This document shows positions 19,323-29,956 of a DNA stretch of 56,176 nucleotides, piece by piece. The position numbers and the translations under genes are program-made. The notes beneath the pieces were generated by a model. The model did no database searches, was not told the origin of the DNA, and worked only from the letters and a program-made list of their open reading frames with translations. Numbering within the stretch: the first letter of the stretch is position 1; each line of letters begins with the position of its first letter. This stretch comes from an uncultured virus (IMG/VR IMGVR_UViG_2061766007_000215) (lineage: Duplodnaviria; Heunggongvirae; Uroviricota; Caudoviricetes): IMG/VR virus record IMGVR_UViG_2061766007_000215. One strand, given 5' to 3'.

Positions 19323-19603
19323 ATGGTATTAGGTTTTAAAAGTGGGGTCTTTAACAATAAAGTAATTAACATAAACAAGTTTATAAAACAAACCAATCCA
19401 AATAGGATATATCTCGATGTTGATGGTGTTATATGGCACTCCTGTCAAGCCGTTTGTGATGTAGTAAATAAAAGATTTAATACGAACGTTCAAGGCAATG
19501 AAATTTTAAGTTGGAATTTTAAAGAACTTAAAGAAGATTTAACAGATGAAGATATTGAAACTATATTTGGAGATTATTATTTCTTTAAACGTATAAGATG
19601 GAT
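19323..19603 (+). CDS. HAD-family 5'(3')-deoxyribonucleotidase (truncated by gap)
   Basis: IYLDVDGVI motif. Confidence 0.7.
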
Positions 19604-19823
19604 NNNNNNNNNNTATATATAAACATTATAATATATATAAATATAGTATTTATAAGGATTATAATAAATTTTTGTACCTCTTTTATACAGTATATTTTTA
19701 TATATTGCAAATATAAGTGCAAAAATTAATGAGAACATAAGAAATATTAGAAATAGTATTGACATTTATATATGGGTGTGGTATAATATGGGTACAGAAT
19801 TAAAATTAATTAAATAAGGAGAT

Positions 19824-20059
19824 ATGTATATGGGTGTTATTATATTGACGGGGAAAAGTTGTAGTGGGAAAGATAGTGTTAGAAGAGAATTGGAAAAAGA
19901 GGGGTGGGGGAATATAGTAAGTTATACTAGTAGACCTATTCGTGAGAACGAAGTTGATGGGATAGATTATAATTTTGTAAATCGTAGTCAATTTGAAAAA
20001 ATGATAATGACAGAACAAATGATAGAATATAGAACTTATAATACATTAGTTAATAATAT
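19824..20059 (+). CDS. gmk: Guanylate kinase-like protein, copy B (N-terminal part)
   Basis: P-loop GKSCSGKD; near-identical to copy A; promoter at 19759. Confidence 0.85.
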
Positions 20060-20070
20060 NNNNNNNNNNA

Positions 20071-20099
20071 TGTGGATAAAGGTGGTAAAATGTGGATAA
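20071..20099. promoter_or_regulatory. Two perfect DnaA boxes next to an AT-rich tract
   Basis: TGTGGATAA at 20071 and 20091. Confidence 0.55.
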
Positions 20100-20220
20100 T
20101 AATGGTAGATTATCCCAAAATCCGATATTTTTACACATTACAAATATACACTAAAAATGTATATTTATACAAAATTAGTGTATATTATGTATAATTATTT
20201 AATAATTAAAATATTTTTAT

Positions 20221-20448
20221 TTACTTATATGGTTTATATGGTGAGTTCCACCACTCTTTGTCAAAATCATAGTTTTCCACAATTACACCATCATCTGTTC
20301 TCTCAACGTGATTTGGATTAAATAATGCCCGTATGACTTGACCATTTGTCGCATTGTTTGATATTTCTATATACTTACCATTATATAAATCACAATCTAT
20401 ACATATTCTGAAATCACTACCACAATTTTCACAAGGTTTACTCATCAC
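20221..20448 (-). CDS. Small protein, TNGxVI...WWNxxY family
   Basis: Shares C-terminal module with 20445..20693 and 21012..21257. Confidence 0.7.
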   Translation of the reverse strand: MMSKPCENCGSDFRICIDCDLYNGKYIEISNNATNGQVIRALFNPNHVERTDDGVIVENYDFDKEWWNSPYKPYK

Positions 20449-20693
20449 TTACCGCCTTTATTATACAATGCGTTCCACCATTCATCATCAAACGTAGCAA
20501 TATCTCCCAAATCAGTACAATCCTCACAATGACCAATACGCTCATTTGGGAATAAAGTCTTTAACACTTCTCCATTAGTCGCATTATCAGAAATTTCAAA
20601 TATTGTTGGCATAGCATTTATTTTTTCTTCTGATACTCTAAACTCACCACATATATGTTCATATTCAATATCGTGTGCATCTATTAATCTCAT
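20445..20693 (-). CDS. Small protein, MRLIDA N-terminus plus TNG...WWN module
   Basis: ORF, GGAG RBS. Confidence 0.7.
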   Translation of the reverse strand: MRLIDAHDIEYEHICGEFRVSEEKINAMPTIFEISDNATNGEVLKTLFPNERIGHCEDCTDLGDIATFDDEWWNALYNKGGK

Positions 20694-21011
20694 CTATAAA
20701 CTCCTGCTTTTTCTAAATCTTCAACTGTACCTATACTTATTATTTCTCCTACCTTGTTCATAATATAAACTTGTTTATTACCACACATATCAGCCTTTAT
20801 ATAAGGTATCAATAATCCATCTTTTATATCTTTACGAAGATAAACAATATCTATGGGTTTCATTTTTTTATCACCTTTCTATCTACCAACTAATTCCGAT
20901 ATACCACTTCAACCATGCTAATTCGATAGTTTTATAAATACCATCTCCATTATGATATAGAATTGTTGGTATGAAAAAAAAATCTCTTATATAAGTTCCT
21001 TTTATCATTTT

Positions 21012-21257
21012 TTAATCCCTTTCATATAATGCGTTCCACCAATCAGCATAAAATGTTGACGGGTCATCAGTTCTATCAAGTCCATACACATCAACCATTC
21101 TATCTTCATCATAGAAGTGTTCTTCTGTAACATCAAAAATTCCTTTTATTATATCACCATTTGTATCACCATTTTTAATAAGCACAATATTTTGAACATT
21201 TTCAAGACCTATTTCTCCCAAACCTTTATTTACTTCTCTTAAATGTTCTCTCGTCAT
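21012..21257 (-). CDS. Small protein, TNG...WWN family (copy B at 27495..27635)
   Basis: ORF, paralogy. Confidence 0.7.
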   Translation of the reverse strand: MTREHLREVNKGLGEIGLENVQNIVLIKNGDTNGDIIKGIFDVTEEHFYDEDRMVDVYGLDRTDDPSTFYADWWNALYERD

Positions 21258-21750
21258 TTATTTATCACCTACTTTATAATACGGAGTACACATATTAAAT
21301 TCATTCATTCTATCAATAATTATCTCTTTACAACGCTGAATATTTTCATCTGTTCCTGTCGTAGAAATCCATTCAGCCCATATATCAACATCAAATATAA
21401 TTTCATTAACTAATTCGGTCAATAACTTATTAGCATTAATATTAATGATAGTTGTATTAATTTTAGTATATTTATTATCAAGTATTATAACATTATTTTC
21501 CCAAATAACTAAACAAAATTGATATGTTTCACAATCAAATTCAATAATACAATGTTGGGNNNNNNNNNNTTAAACAAAATTGATATGTTTCACAATCAAA
21601 TTCAATAATACAATGTTGGGAATCTTGATATTCTTTCCAAGCGTCAATTATATCTAATGGTAAAAATCGTATATAACTTGGACGACCATTAAAATCGCCC
21701 AAGTTAAAATCACACCATCCGTGTGCTATATTAGTTAGTATCTTATCCAT
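21258..21750 (-). CDS. Hypothetical protein split by gap, homolog of 27636..28067
   Basis: Both halves match copy B. Confidence 0.7.
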
Positions 21751-21754
21751 TTAT

Positions 21755-21934
21755 TCACCTCAGATATTTAATCCAAAATATAACCAAAACAATTAATCCA
21801 ATTATTACAGAAATCCACAATGGACTAAATACCCACAACCAAGACCAACTAATAATTCCAATAAGTTTAAGAATAACAAATGCAATCGTAAGAATAGTTC
21901 CTACACTTAAATCAAAGTTTATCTTAATATTCAT
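21755..21934 (-). CDS. 59-aa membrane protein (LKLIGIISWSWLWVFSPLWI), absent from copy B
   Basis: Translated by hand; two hydrophobic helices. Confidence 0.7.
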   Translation of the reverse strand: MNIKINFDLSVGTILTIAFVILKLIGIISWSWLWVFSPLWISVIIGLIVLVIFWIKYLR

Positions 21935-21937
21935 ATT

Positions 21938-22219
21938 TTATGCCACCTGTATATACTTATCAATATCAATAGTATCTCTTGCAATAATATAACAAGGTGT
22001 AAGACCCTTATCAAAAGTATCATTTATCTTAATATTTATTCTATAAAGTTTGCTACCTTTAATAAGTCCTGTATAAATAAAATGACTTGAATAAAAATCT
22101 TTTCTATTTGCTTTCTTATACTTATAAACTTCTTCCATAGCAACTTCGGGATTGTCTACCCCAATTACTGCATAAACTACCTTACCATTGTCAACGTGTG
22201 AAAACTTTTCAATCTTCAT
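21938..22219 (-). CDS. Hypothetical protein (copy B 28067..28348)
   Basis: AAGGAG RBS, homolog in the other copy. Confidence 0.75.
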   Translation of the reverse strand: MKIEKFSHVDNGKVVYAVIGVDNPEVAMEEVYKYKKANRKDFYSSHFIYTGLIKGSKLYRINIKINDTFDKGLTPCYIIARDTIDIDKYIQVA

Positions 22220-22238
22220 AATTTTAATCTCCTTTACT

Positions 22239-22469
22239 TTAAATACTGACACCATAAAGAAACCAATTATCATAAGTTATTTTTTTAAAATGTTCTTTTA
22301 AACACTCAGAACATAATTGTTCTCCATCTACATCATATAAATAAAGTTCATCGGGTTCTTCACCACATTTATCACATACTAATACAGGAATATGCCGATT
22401 AGGACACACTTCACCTAAACAACCACGTTCGGGTGGACAACCAACACATTCATCAATAAACTTAATCAT
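22239..22469 (-). CDS. Cys-rich Zn-binding protein (copy B 28364..28585)
   Basis: CVGC, CxxC motifs conserved in both copies. Confidence 0.75.
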   Translation of the reverse strand: MIKFIDECVGCPPERGCLGEVCPNRHIPVLVCDKCGEEPDELYLYDVDGEQLCSECLKEHFKKITYDNWFLYGVSI

Positions 22470-22660
22470 TTTAAATCATCAACTCCTTTTATGTATTCTA
22501 TCATTAAATTAATTCCTACACTAAGAGCCGTTTGTTGTCGTTCTGTTGCATTAGGTATCATTTCATCTAATTCTTTAATGCAATCTTCAATTGTCATACG
22601 TTGCTTCTTTTTATAATTGCCTTGTTTAAATTTTTCTATATCTATAATTTCTGCTGACAT
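22466..22660 (-). CDS. Small hypothetical protein (copy B 28582..28773)
   Basis: RBS, promoter, homolog. Confidence 0.7.
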   Translation of the reverse strand: MSAEIIDIEKFKQGNYKKKQRMTIEDCIKELDEMIPNATERQQTALSVGINLMIEYIKGVDDLK

Positions 22661-22723
22661 AAATTCTCCTTTCAAAAATTTTTCTGAATATATTATATCA
22701 TATTAAAGAATAAATGTCAAGCA

Positions 22724-23043
22724 TTAAGCGTGTATATTATATGTTGGATAAAATTTTTTAATATATTTAGTTTCTTCATCAAATAATAAATCTTTATTAT
22801 TTACTATTTTTAATACACCAAATCTTATTTGTTCTTTTAATAAATAAGCATTATATAATATTTTATACATTGGTAAATTAATATTTGAACATTTATTAAA
22901 ATTTTTATTATTATTTAATATACAATATTTATGTTGTAGAAATCTTTTAGCAATATTTTTACTTTGACCAATATAAATTAATTCATCTCCTAAATAAATA
23001 CCATATATTCCCATAATTTTATAAGGTATTAATATATTATTTA
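22724..23043 (-). CDS. GIY-YIG nuclease, copy A (5' end in gap)
   Basis: GIYGIY...YIGQSKNIxxR...E...YN. Confidence 0.8.
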
Positions 23044-23974
23044 NNNNNNNNNNNNNNNNNNNNNNNNNNNNNNNNNNNNNNNNNNNNNNNNNNNNNNNNN
23101 NNNNNNNNNNNNNNNNNNNNNNNNNNNNNNNNNNNNNNNNNNNNNNNNNNNNNNNNNNNNNNNNNNNNNNNNNNNNNNNNNNNNNNNNNNNNNNNNNNNN
23201 NNNNNNNNNNNNNNNNNNNNNNNNNNNNNNNNNNNNNNNNNNNNNNNNNNNNNNNNNNNNNNNNNNNNNNNNNNNNNNNNNNNNNNNNNNNNNNNNNNNN
23301 NNNNNNNNNNNNNNNNNNNNNNNNNNNNNNNNNNNNNNNNNNNNNNNNNNNNNNNNNNNNNNNNNNNNNNNNNNNNNNNNNNNNNNNNNNNNNNNNNNNN
23401 NNNNNNNNNNNNNNNNNNNNNNNNNNNNNNNNNNNNNNNNNNNNNNNNNNNNNNNNNNNNNNNNNNNNNNNNNNNNNNNNNNNNNNNNNNNNNNNNNNNN
23501 NNNNNNNNNNNNNNNNNNNNNNNNNNNNNNNNNNNNNNNNNNNNNNNNNNNNNNNNNNNNNNNNNNNNNNNNNNNNNNNNNNNNNNNNNNNNNNNNNNNN
23601 NNNNNNNNNNNNNNNNNNNNNNNNNNNNNNNNNNNNNNNNNNNNNNNNNNNNNNNNNNNNNNNNNNNNNNNNNNNNNNNNNNNNNNNNNNNNNNNNNNNN
23701 NNNNNNNNNNNNNNNNNNNNNNNNNNNNNNNNNNNNNNNNNNNNNNNNNNNNNNACATTTACAACATTTTGTGGTATAATATAATCAAGATACAAAATAT
23801 TAAAGAAAGGAGATGTGATTTCCGTGAGTTGGTATTATGATGAAACCAACCCCGTAAAAGAAAATGATATGTTTAGATTATATGAATTATATGACGAAGA
23901 AACTGATAGCATTAAATATACAGAAGAAGAACTTGAAATAATAGAACGAATTAAGAAGTCGGGGAGTTTAAGTT

Positions 23975-26578
23975 TTGATAAGTAAATATGGAATAAAGAT
24001 AAAGAACTTTCAAGCAGGTGCTTTATATCAATGTAACCTTGGTGTAAGAGAAAATTATGATTATACTAGGGCTATGTTTACTAATAATCTTTTATTATAT
24101 TATCTTATGGATAATGGATTAAAAGTAAACAATGGTTGGACTAGAGATATAATTTGTATAGAATTTGATTATGGTTCAAGGTCTTATGAAGAAGAAATTA
24201 AACATTTAGATAAATGTATTAAGTCAGCCGAGTGCGAAGGTAATATTGAAAAGATTGAATGTTTAAAATCTTATAAGGCACAAGCAGAACTTAAAAAAGA
24301 TTTATTTAATAAAAAGTCTGCTGATGAGATAAGAGAAATATTTTATACTAAAGGTATAGAAATAAGACACGACATACAAAGAAAAAATGGAAAAATTACT
24401 AAACAAGAATTTGTCCATTATAATATGCTTTATCGTTCAACAGGTAAAGCAAAAGATGGTTCTTGTATGTTTATTTGTGATAGACTTTATAAAAAGGCAC
24501 TTAATTTTATTCGTATGGGAATTAAGTTGCCTAAAAATAATGCGCCTATAGTTGAGATGGGTGCATATAGTTCTCTTATTGCAAGTTCTATTATTGATAC
24601 AATACATATTGACCCAAAAAATATTTTAATACTTAAAGACATTGATAGTTATTTTACTACCAATGTTATTAGTATTGAAACAGATAAAGACAAACATTGT
24701 ATTGCAATACCTAAAGAAAATTATCAATTAAAGAATACTATGTTTGATGGTCAAGGTCTTATTGATGAAAGTATTTTTCCTAAATGGGGAAATGGTTATC
24801 TTTTATTAAGACACCATATGTGTAAGATGGCTTGTTTTAAAACCAAAATACAAAAGTTCTTTAAGGATTATTATAAAAATAATTATGATAATGCAATAAT
24901 TACAGATATGTTTGGTATAGAACATTATGCTAAAGATATTAAACTTATAACTACAGATAACGCTATGAAATGGTTAAAGTTTGATATATCTTATGATTAT
25001 TGGTGTAAAAAAGTTTATGAAAATAAATGCGCTTTTGGTGTAGTTAAGACCGCACATAAAAGTAAATTAGGTGAAGTTCAAAAGATGAGTTATCAAATGA
25101 TTAACTCTTTAGATATGGACGTAATGCCTAATGTAGTAAATAAAAGCAAAGAATATATTGAACTATTAAAAAAAGATAATGATGTATTTTTAGATTATCT
25201 TAGAGAAAACAAAAACTTTTCAAATGATTTTGAAGTGTTAGTCGCTTTATGTAATCAAAATAAAGAGTTTACTAGGAGTGATTATTTTAGATATAGAAAA
25301 TCTAACATAATTGAATCCTATGTAAATAATTTTAAATTTGGTAAAGTATTACAGAACGCAGATAATCTTGTTTTTGTTGGTAGTCCTTATGCTATGTTAC
25401 TTTATACTGTAGGACAAGACGTAGAAACAGATACTACTTTTAAACAAGAAAAAGATTGTATTCAATGTTTTACTCAAAGATTTAAAGACAGAGAATATTT
25501 GGCTTGTTTTCGTAGTCCACATAATAGTAAAAATAATATATCTTATTTGCATAATACTTATTCAGATGAATATATTAAATATTTTGATTTAGGTGAACAA
25601 ATAATAGCACTCAATGTATTACATACTCCTGTTCAAGATAGGATGAATGGTTGTGATTTTGATAGTGATTCGGGATATGTGACTAATCAAGAAGATATAG
25701 TTGAATGTGCAAAGAGAGCATATTTAAATTATCCAACAATAGTTAATAATATATCAAAAGATAAAAATCATTATAATAACGATTTATTAACTTTTGCTAA
25801 AATAGATAATGGATTAGCACACGCTCAAAGTGCAATAGGTTTATCAAGTAATCTTGCTCAATTTGCTCAAACTTATATGTATAATTTTGATGATAATAAA
25901 TATAAAGACTATGTATGTATTCTTTCTGTACTTGCTCAATGTGCTATTGATAATGCTAAAAGAACTTTTGATATAAATATAGTTGATGAAATAGAACGTA
26001 TTAAACAAGATATGGATATTGAAAAGAATGGCGTACCCGTATTTTGGAAACACGTTAAAGATTATAAATCAAAAATTGGTGATAAAAAATTTGATAGTGC
26101 AAAAATAAATAAAGATTTAAAATGTCCTATGAATTATTTAATGGACTTAAAGTTTAATAATTCAAGGAGTAATGAAAGCACTTTACCAATGAGTTATTTC
26201 TTTGAGAAATTTGATTTACAAGAAGATAGACGTAAATGCAGAAAGGTTGAAGAACTTATAGAAAAATATTCAATAGATTTGTTTATTTATAATGTCACCC
26301 ATTCCCTTGATGATGATTATAGATATTATAAAAATGCAATTGAAATAGATTTTGAAGAATTATTAGATGATATTAAAAGTATTTATATTTCAAAAAACTA
26401 TTTAGGTCTTATGTCTTGGTTAATTGATAGGGCTTTCTGTATTACTCCGAGTATTAAACAAAACAAAATGACAATAAAAAATAGTACAAATAAAAATAAA
26501 TCGTTATTGATAAAAATTTTATATGATATAAATTCTCAAAATTTATTAAAATGTTTTAGCAAAAATTGTAAAAAATGA
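23975..26578 (+). CDS. yonO: YonO-like single-subunit (double-psi beta-barrel) RNA polymerase, copy A
   Basis: 867 aa; FDGQG, RSPH, GCDFDSD and AIDNAK motifs; SPbeta-like position before HU, YonK, YonJ and terminase. Confidence 0.85.
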   Translation: MISKYGIKIKNFQAGALYQCNLGVRENYDYTRAMFTNNLLLYYLMDNGLKVNNGWTRDIICIEFDYGSRSYEEEIKHLDKCIKSAECEGNIEKIECLKSYKAQAELKKDLFNKKSADEIREIFYTKGIEIRHDIQRKNGKITKQEFVHYNMLYRSTGKAKDGSCMFICDRLYKKALNFIRMGIKLPKNNAPIVEMGAYSSLIASSIIDTIHIDPKNILILKDIDSYFTTNVISIETDKDKHCIAIPKENYQLKNTMFDGQGLIDESIFPKWGNGYLLLRHHMCKMACFKTKIQKFFKDYYKNNYDNAIITDMFGIEHYAKDIKLITTDNAMKWLKFDISYDYWCKKVYENKCAFGVVKTAHKSKLGEVQKMSYQMINSLDMDVMPNVVNKSKEYIELLKKDNDVFLDYLRENKNFSNDFEVLVALCNQNKEFTRSDYFRYRKSNIIESYVNNFKFGKVLQNADNLVFVGSPYAMLLYTVGQDVETDTTFKQEKDCIQCFTQRFKDREYLACFRSPHNSKNNISYLHNTYSDEYIKYFDLGEQIIALNVLHTPVQDRMNGCDFDSDSGYVTNQEDIVECAKRAYLNYPTIVNNISKDKNHYNNDLLTFAKIDNGLAHAQSAIGLSSNLAQFAQTYMYNFDDNKYKDYVCILSVLAQCAIDNAKRTFDINIVDEIERIKQDMDIEKNGVPVFWKHVKDYKSKIGDKKFDSAKINKDLKCPMNYLMDLKFNNSRSNESTLPMSYFFEKFDLQEDRRKCRKVEELIEKYSIDLFIYNVTHSLDDDYRYYKNAIEIDFEELLDDIKSIYISKNYLGLMSWLIDRAFCITPSIKQNKMTIKNSTNKNKSLLIKILYDINSQNLLKCFSKNCKK

Positions 26579-26694
26579 TATGTTTTTATGTATACCTAAA
26601 TTTTAAAAGTTTATGTAAACCCTTGATTTTATTGGGTTTTTAGAACATTAATAACTTAAACTAGTGATAGAGGGTGTTGCAAACCCTTTATAGA

Positions 26695-26872
26695 ATGAGG
26701 TAGAAAGTTTGGAGAAATGAGTAGCCTAGCCGCTAGTGTCCAAGTGCGGTACTGTTAGTTTAGTGTAAAGTTGCAACTACACGGATTAACGAGTTAATAT
26801 GGAGAACGTTCGCAGTTATTTAAATTACATGACAAAGCCACGGCAAGGGGCTTGATACCTTGCCAATATATT
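26695..26872 (+). ncRNA. Conserved structured RNA or leader after the RNAP gene (copy B 32683-32849)
   Basis: Several hairpins; compensatory changes between copies. Confidence 0.55.
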
Positions 26873-26894
26873 TAGAAAGGGGTGGCGTACTGTC

Positions 26895-27287
26895 TTGGGT
26901 GATGAAAGGTTTAAAAACTTTAGAAACAAAAAGAAAACCAATCCACGATTAGTTAGTGATGATATATACAGATATATTTCTAACAATTCAGAAACAGGAT
27001 TAAATTTAAAGCAAGTCGCAGAATGTTTTCGGTTATATAAACAATTAGTTACGGATTTATATATGAGTCCATATGCCGATAACGAAATGACCATAATCTT
27101 ACCACACTTAGGATATTGGTATTTAAATAAAAGAGTGGGAAGAAAGAGTGGTAGTACATATAAATTATTTGATAACGATACTGTTGTAACCTTAAAGGAT
27201 TCAGAACCATCGTTCTTTCAAATAAGATTTAAAGTTTATAGAACCTTATATGAAAAAGTCAAAGAAAAGACAAAACATTATGAGTGA
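26895..27287 (+). CDS. Divergent HU/IHF-like DNA-binding protein
   Basis: Helix-helix then ILPHLGYWYL..R beta-arm and IRFK; position equivalent to SPbeta yonN. Confidence 0.55.
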   Translation: MGDERFKNFRNKKKTNPRLVSDDIYRYISNNSETGLNLKQVAECFRLYKQLVTDLYMSPYADNEMTIILPHLGYWYLNKRVGRKSGSTYKLFDNDTVVTLKDSEPSFFQIRFKVYRTLYEKVKEKTKHYE

Positions 27288-27484
27288 TATTTCGTATGAC
27301 GACTTGTGTAATTTGATTGCACTTAAAATAAATAACCTATATAATGCAAAAGCAAGTCCACATTCGGTTGATTATTACTTACAATCAATCTATAAGGTTA
27401 TATTAGACCAACTTAAACTAAACAATAGAATTAGCATAAAAGACTTTGGTATCTTTGAAATCAAAGACCGTAAAAGCGGGGAAA
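27280..27484 (+). CDS. HU/IHF-like protein, N-terminal part (C-terminal part at 33122..33374)
   Basis: ISIKDFGIFEIKDRK...VKPRKSITFRAAKKF. Confidence 0.7.
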
Positions 27485-27635
27485 NNNNNNNNNNATGTTC
27501 TTCTGTAATATCAAAAATTCCTTTTATTACATCACCATTTGTAGCACCATTTTTAACAAGCATAATATTTTGAATATTTTCAAGACCTGTTTTTACTAAA
27601 TCTTTTTCTACTTCTCTTAACTGTTCTTTTGTCAT

Positions 27636-28067
27636 TTATTCATCTCCCACTTTATAATACGGAGTACACATATTAACTTCATTCATTCTATTAATAATTA
27701 TTTCTTTACAACGCTGAATATTTTTATCTGTTCCTGTCGTAGAAATCCATTCAGCCCACAAATCAAGATTATCCACAATCTCATTAACCAACTCATTTAA
27801 TACTTCTTCCGCATTAAAATCTAAAAATATACAGGTATTCTTACCCCATTTATTGTTAATTATAATAAGATTATGTTCCCAAATCATTAAACAAAACTGC
27901 CACATTTCACAATCAAATTCAATAATACAATGTTGGGAATCTTGATATTCTTTCCAAGCGTCAATTATATCTAATGGTAAAAATCGTATATAACTTGGGC
28001 GACCTTCAAAATCACCCAAGTTAAAATCACACCATCCATGTGCTATATTAGTTAATATTTTATTCAT
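27636..28067 (-). CDS. Hypothetical protein, copy B
   Basis: ORF, homolog at 21258..21750. Confidence 0.75.
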   Translation of the reverse strand: MNKILTNIAHGWCDFNLGDFEGRPSYIRFLPLDIIDAWKEYQDSQHCIIEFDCEMWQFCLMIWEHNLIIINNKWGKNTCIFLDFNAEEVLNELVNEIVDNLDLWAEWISTTGTDKNIQRCKEIIINRMNEVNMCTPYYKVGDE

Positions 28068-28348
28068 TATGCCACCTGCATATACTTATCAATATCAATG
28101 GTATCTCTTGCAATAATATAACAAGGTATAAGATTCTTATCAAATTTATCATTTACATTAATTTCTATTCTATAAAGTTTTTTATTCTTAATAAGTCCTG
28201 TATAACAAATATGTTCCTTAAAAAATAATGTACTATTTGCTTTCTTATATCGACATACTTCTTTCATAGCCTCTGTAGAACTATCTGCACCAATTACTGC
28301 ATAAACTACTTTACCATTGTCAACGTGTGAAAACTTTTCAATTCTCAT
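28067..28348 (-). CDS. Hypothetical protein, copy B
   Basis: Homolog at 21938..22219. Confidence 0.75.
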   Translation of the reverse strand: MRIEKFSHVDNGKVVYAVIGADSSTEAMKEVCRYKKANSTLFFKEHICYTGLIKNKKLYRIEINVNDKFDKNLIPCYIIARDTIDIDKYMQVA

Positions 28349-28363
28349 ATTAAATCTCCTTTT

Positions 28364-28585
28364 TTAATTATTATAATTGTACCAATAATTACTATAATCT
28401 ATTTTATCAAAATGTTCTTTTAAACAATCAGAACATATTTGTTCCCCATCCACTATATAAAGTTCATCGGGTTCACAACCACATTCATCACATACTAATA
28501 AAGGAACGTGTCTATTAGAACAACTTTCACCTAAACAACCTCTTTCGGGTGGACACCCTACACATTCATTAATAAATTTAATCAT
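28364..28585 (-). CDS. Cys-rich Zn-binding protein, copy B
   Basis: Homolog at 22239..22469. Confidence 0.75.
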   Translation of the reverse strand: MIKFINECVGCPPERGCLGESCSNRHVPLLVCDECGCEPDELYIVDGEQICSDCLKEHFDKIDYSNYWYNYNN

Positions 28586-28773
28586 TTTACATCATCCTCT
28601 CCCGTTATATATTGTATCATTAGATTAATTCCTACACTAAGAGCCGTTTGTTGTCTTTCTGTTGCATTAGGAAACATATCATCTAATTCCTTAATACATT
28701 CTTCAATAGTCATTCGTTTTTTCTTATTATATTTACCTTGTTTAAATTTTTTAAAATCAATAATTTCTGCCAT
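28582..28773 (-). CDS. Small hypothetical protein, copy B
   Basis: Homolog at 22466..22660. Confidence 0.7.
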   Translation of the reverse strand: MAEIIDFKKFKQGKYNKKKRMTIEECIKELDDMFPNATERQQTALSVGINLMIQYITGEDDVK

Positions 28774-28829
28774 AAAAAACTCCTTTCAAAAATTTTATAA
28801 ATATATTATATCATATAATAACGAAAAAG

Positions 28830-29222
28830 TCAATAGTGTATATTATAACGTGGCTTAAATTTATTAATATATTTATTTTCTTCATACAATAATGAATTTT
28901 TATCATAAACGACTTTTAATATACCAAAATAAATATTTTTCTTTTCTGAATATGCTTTTCTTAATGCAACATATATAGGTAAATAATCATTATTATATTT
29001 TTTACGCTTCTTTTCATTTTTTAGAATATAATGTTTATGTGTTTCCCATCTTTCTCCGATGTTTTTACTTTGTCCAATATATATTAATTCTTTATCTATA
29101 TATATACCATATATACCCATAATATTATAAGGTTCTAATAATTTTTTCATTGAAACTCCATATTTTTCTTTAGTATTAATAATGTCATTAAAACTAAGTA
29201 ATTCTATTACACCTAATGTCAT
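28830..29222 (-). CDS. GIY-YIG nuclease, copy B
   Basis: GIYGIY...YIGQSKNIGERW...EENKYI...PRYN. Confidence 0.85.
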   Translation of the reverse strand: MTLGVIELLSFNDIINTKEKYGVSMKKLLEPYNIMGIYGIYIDKELIYIGQSKNIGERWETHKHYILKNEKKRKKYNNDYLPIYVALRKAYSEKKNIYFGILKVVYDKNSLLYEENKYINKFKPRYNIHY

Positions 29223-29315
29223 AAATTTATTCCTTTCTATTTTTAATATATAAATTTATACTTATTTATATTATATCATATTTTAAAATAAAAGTCAAGT
29301 ATTTTTTAATATAAC

Positions 29316-29712
29316 TTTTCCACACTTTATCCACATTTTGTGAATTACTAAAATCATTAGAATTTATNNNNNNNNNNNNNNNNNNNNNNNNNNNNNNNNN
29401 NNNNNNNNNNNNNNNNNNNNNNNNNNNNNNNNNNNNNNNNNNNNNNNNNNNNNNNNNNNNNNNNNNNNNNNNNNNNNNNNNNNNNNNNNNNNNNNNNNNN
29501 NNNNNNNNNNNNNNNNNNNNNNNNNNNNNNNNNNNNNNNNNNNNNNNNNNNNNNNNNNNNNNNNNNNNNNNNNNNNNNNNNNNNNNNNNNNNNNNNNNNN
29601 NNNNNNNNNNNNNNNNNNNNNNNNNNNNNNNNNNNNNNNNNNNNNNNNNNNNNNNNNNNNNCTTGTTTTTAACTTTGTTTTTTGTCACGATTTATCATAG
29701 GATTTATCCACA
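29316..29712. promoter_or_regulatory. DnaA boxes between divergent promoters
   Basis: TTTTCCACA 29316, TTATCCACA 29327 and 29704 (gap in between). Confidence 0.55.
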
Positions 29713-29809
29713 AAAATTTTTTTTTGAAAATGCTATTGACATTTGCAATAATTTGTGGTATAATATAACCAAGATACAAAATATTGAAAGAAAGGAGATG
29801 TATTCAATC

Positions 29810-29956
29810 GTGAGTTGGGAATATAATAAAACCAACCCCGTAGAAAACGATATGTTTAGATTAGACGAATTATATGATGAAGAAATAGATAGCATTGAAT
29901 ATACAGAAGAAGAACTTGAACTTATAGAACGAATTAACAAATCGGGGAGTTTATGA
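29810..29956 (+). CDS. Small acidic protein coupled to RNAP (copy A from 23824)
   Basis: AAAGGAG RBS, ATGA overlap with RNAP start, conserved in both copies. Confidence 0.65.
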   Translation: MSWEYNKTNPVENDMFRLDELYDEEIDSIEYTEEELELIERINKSGSL

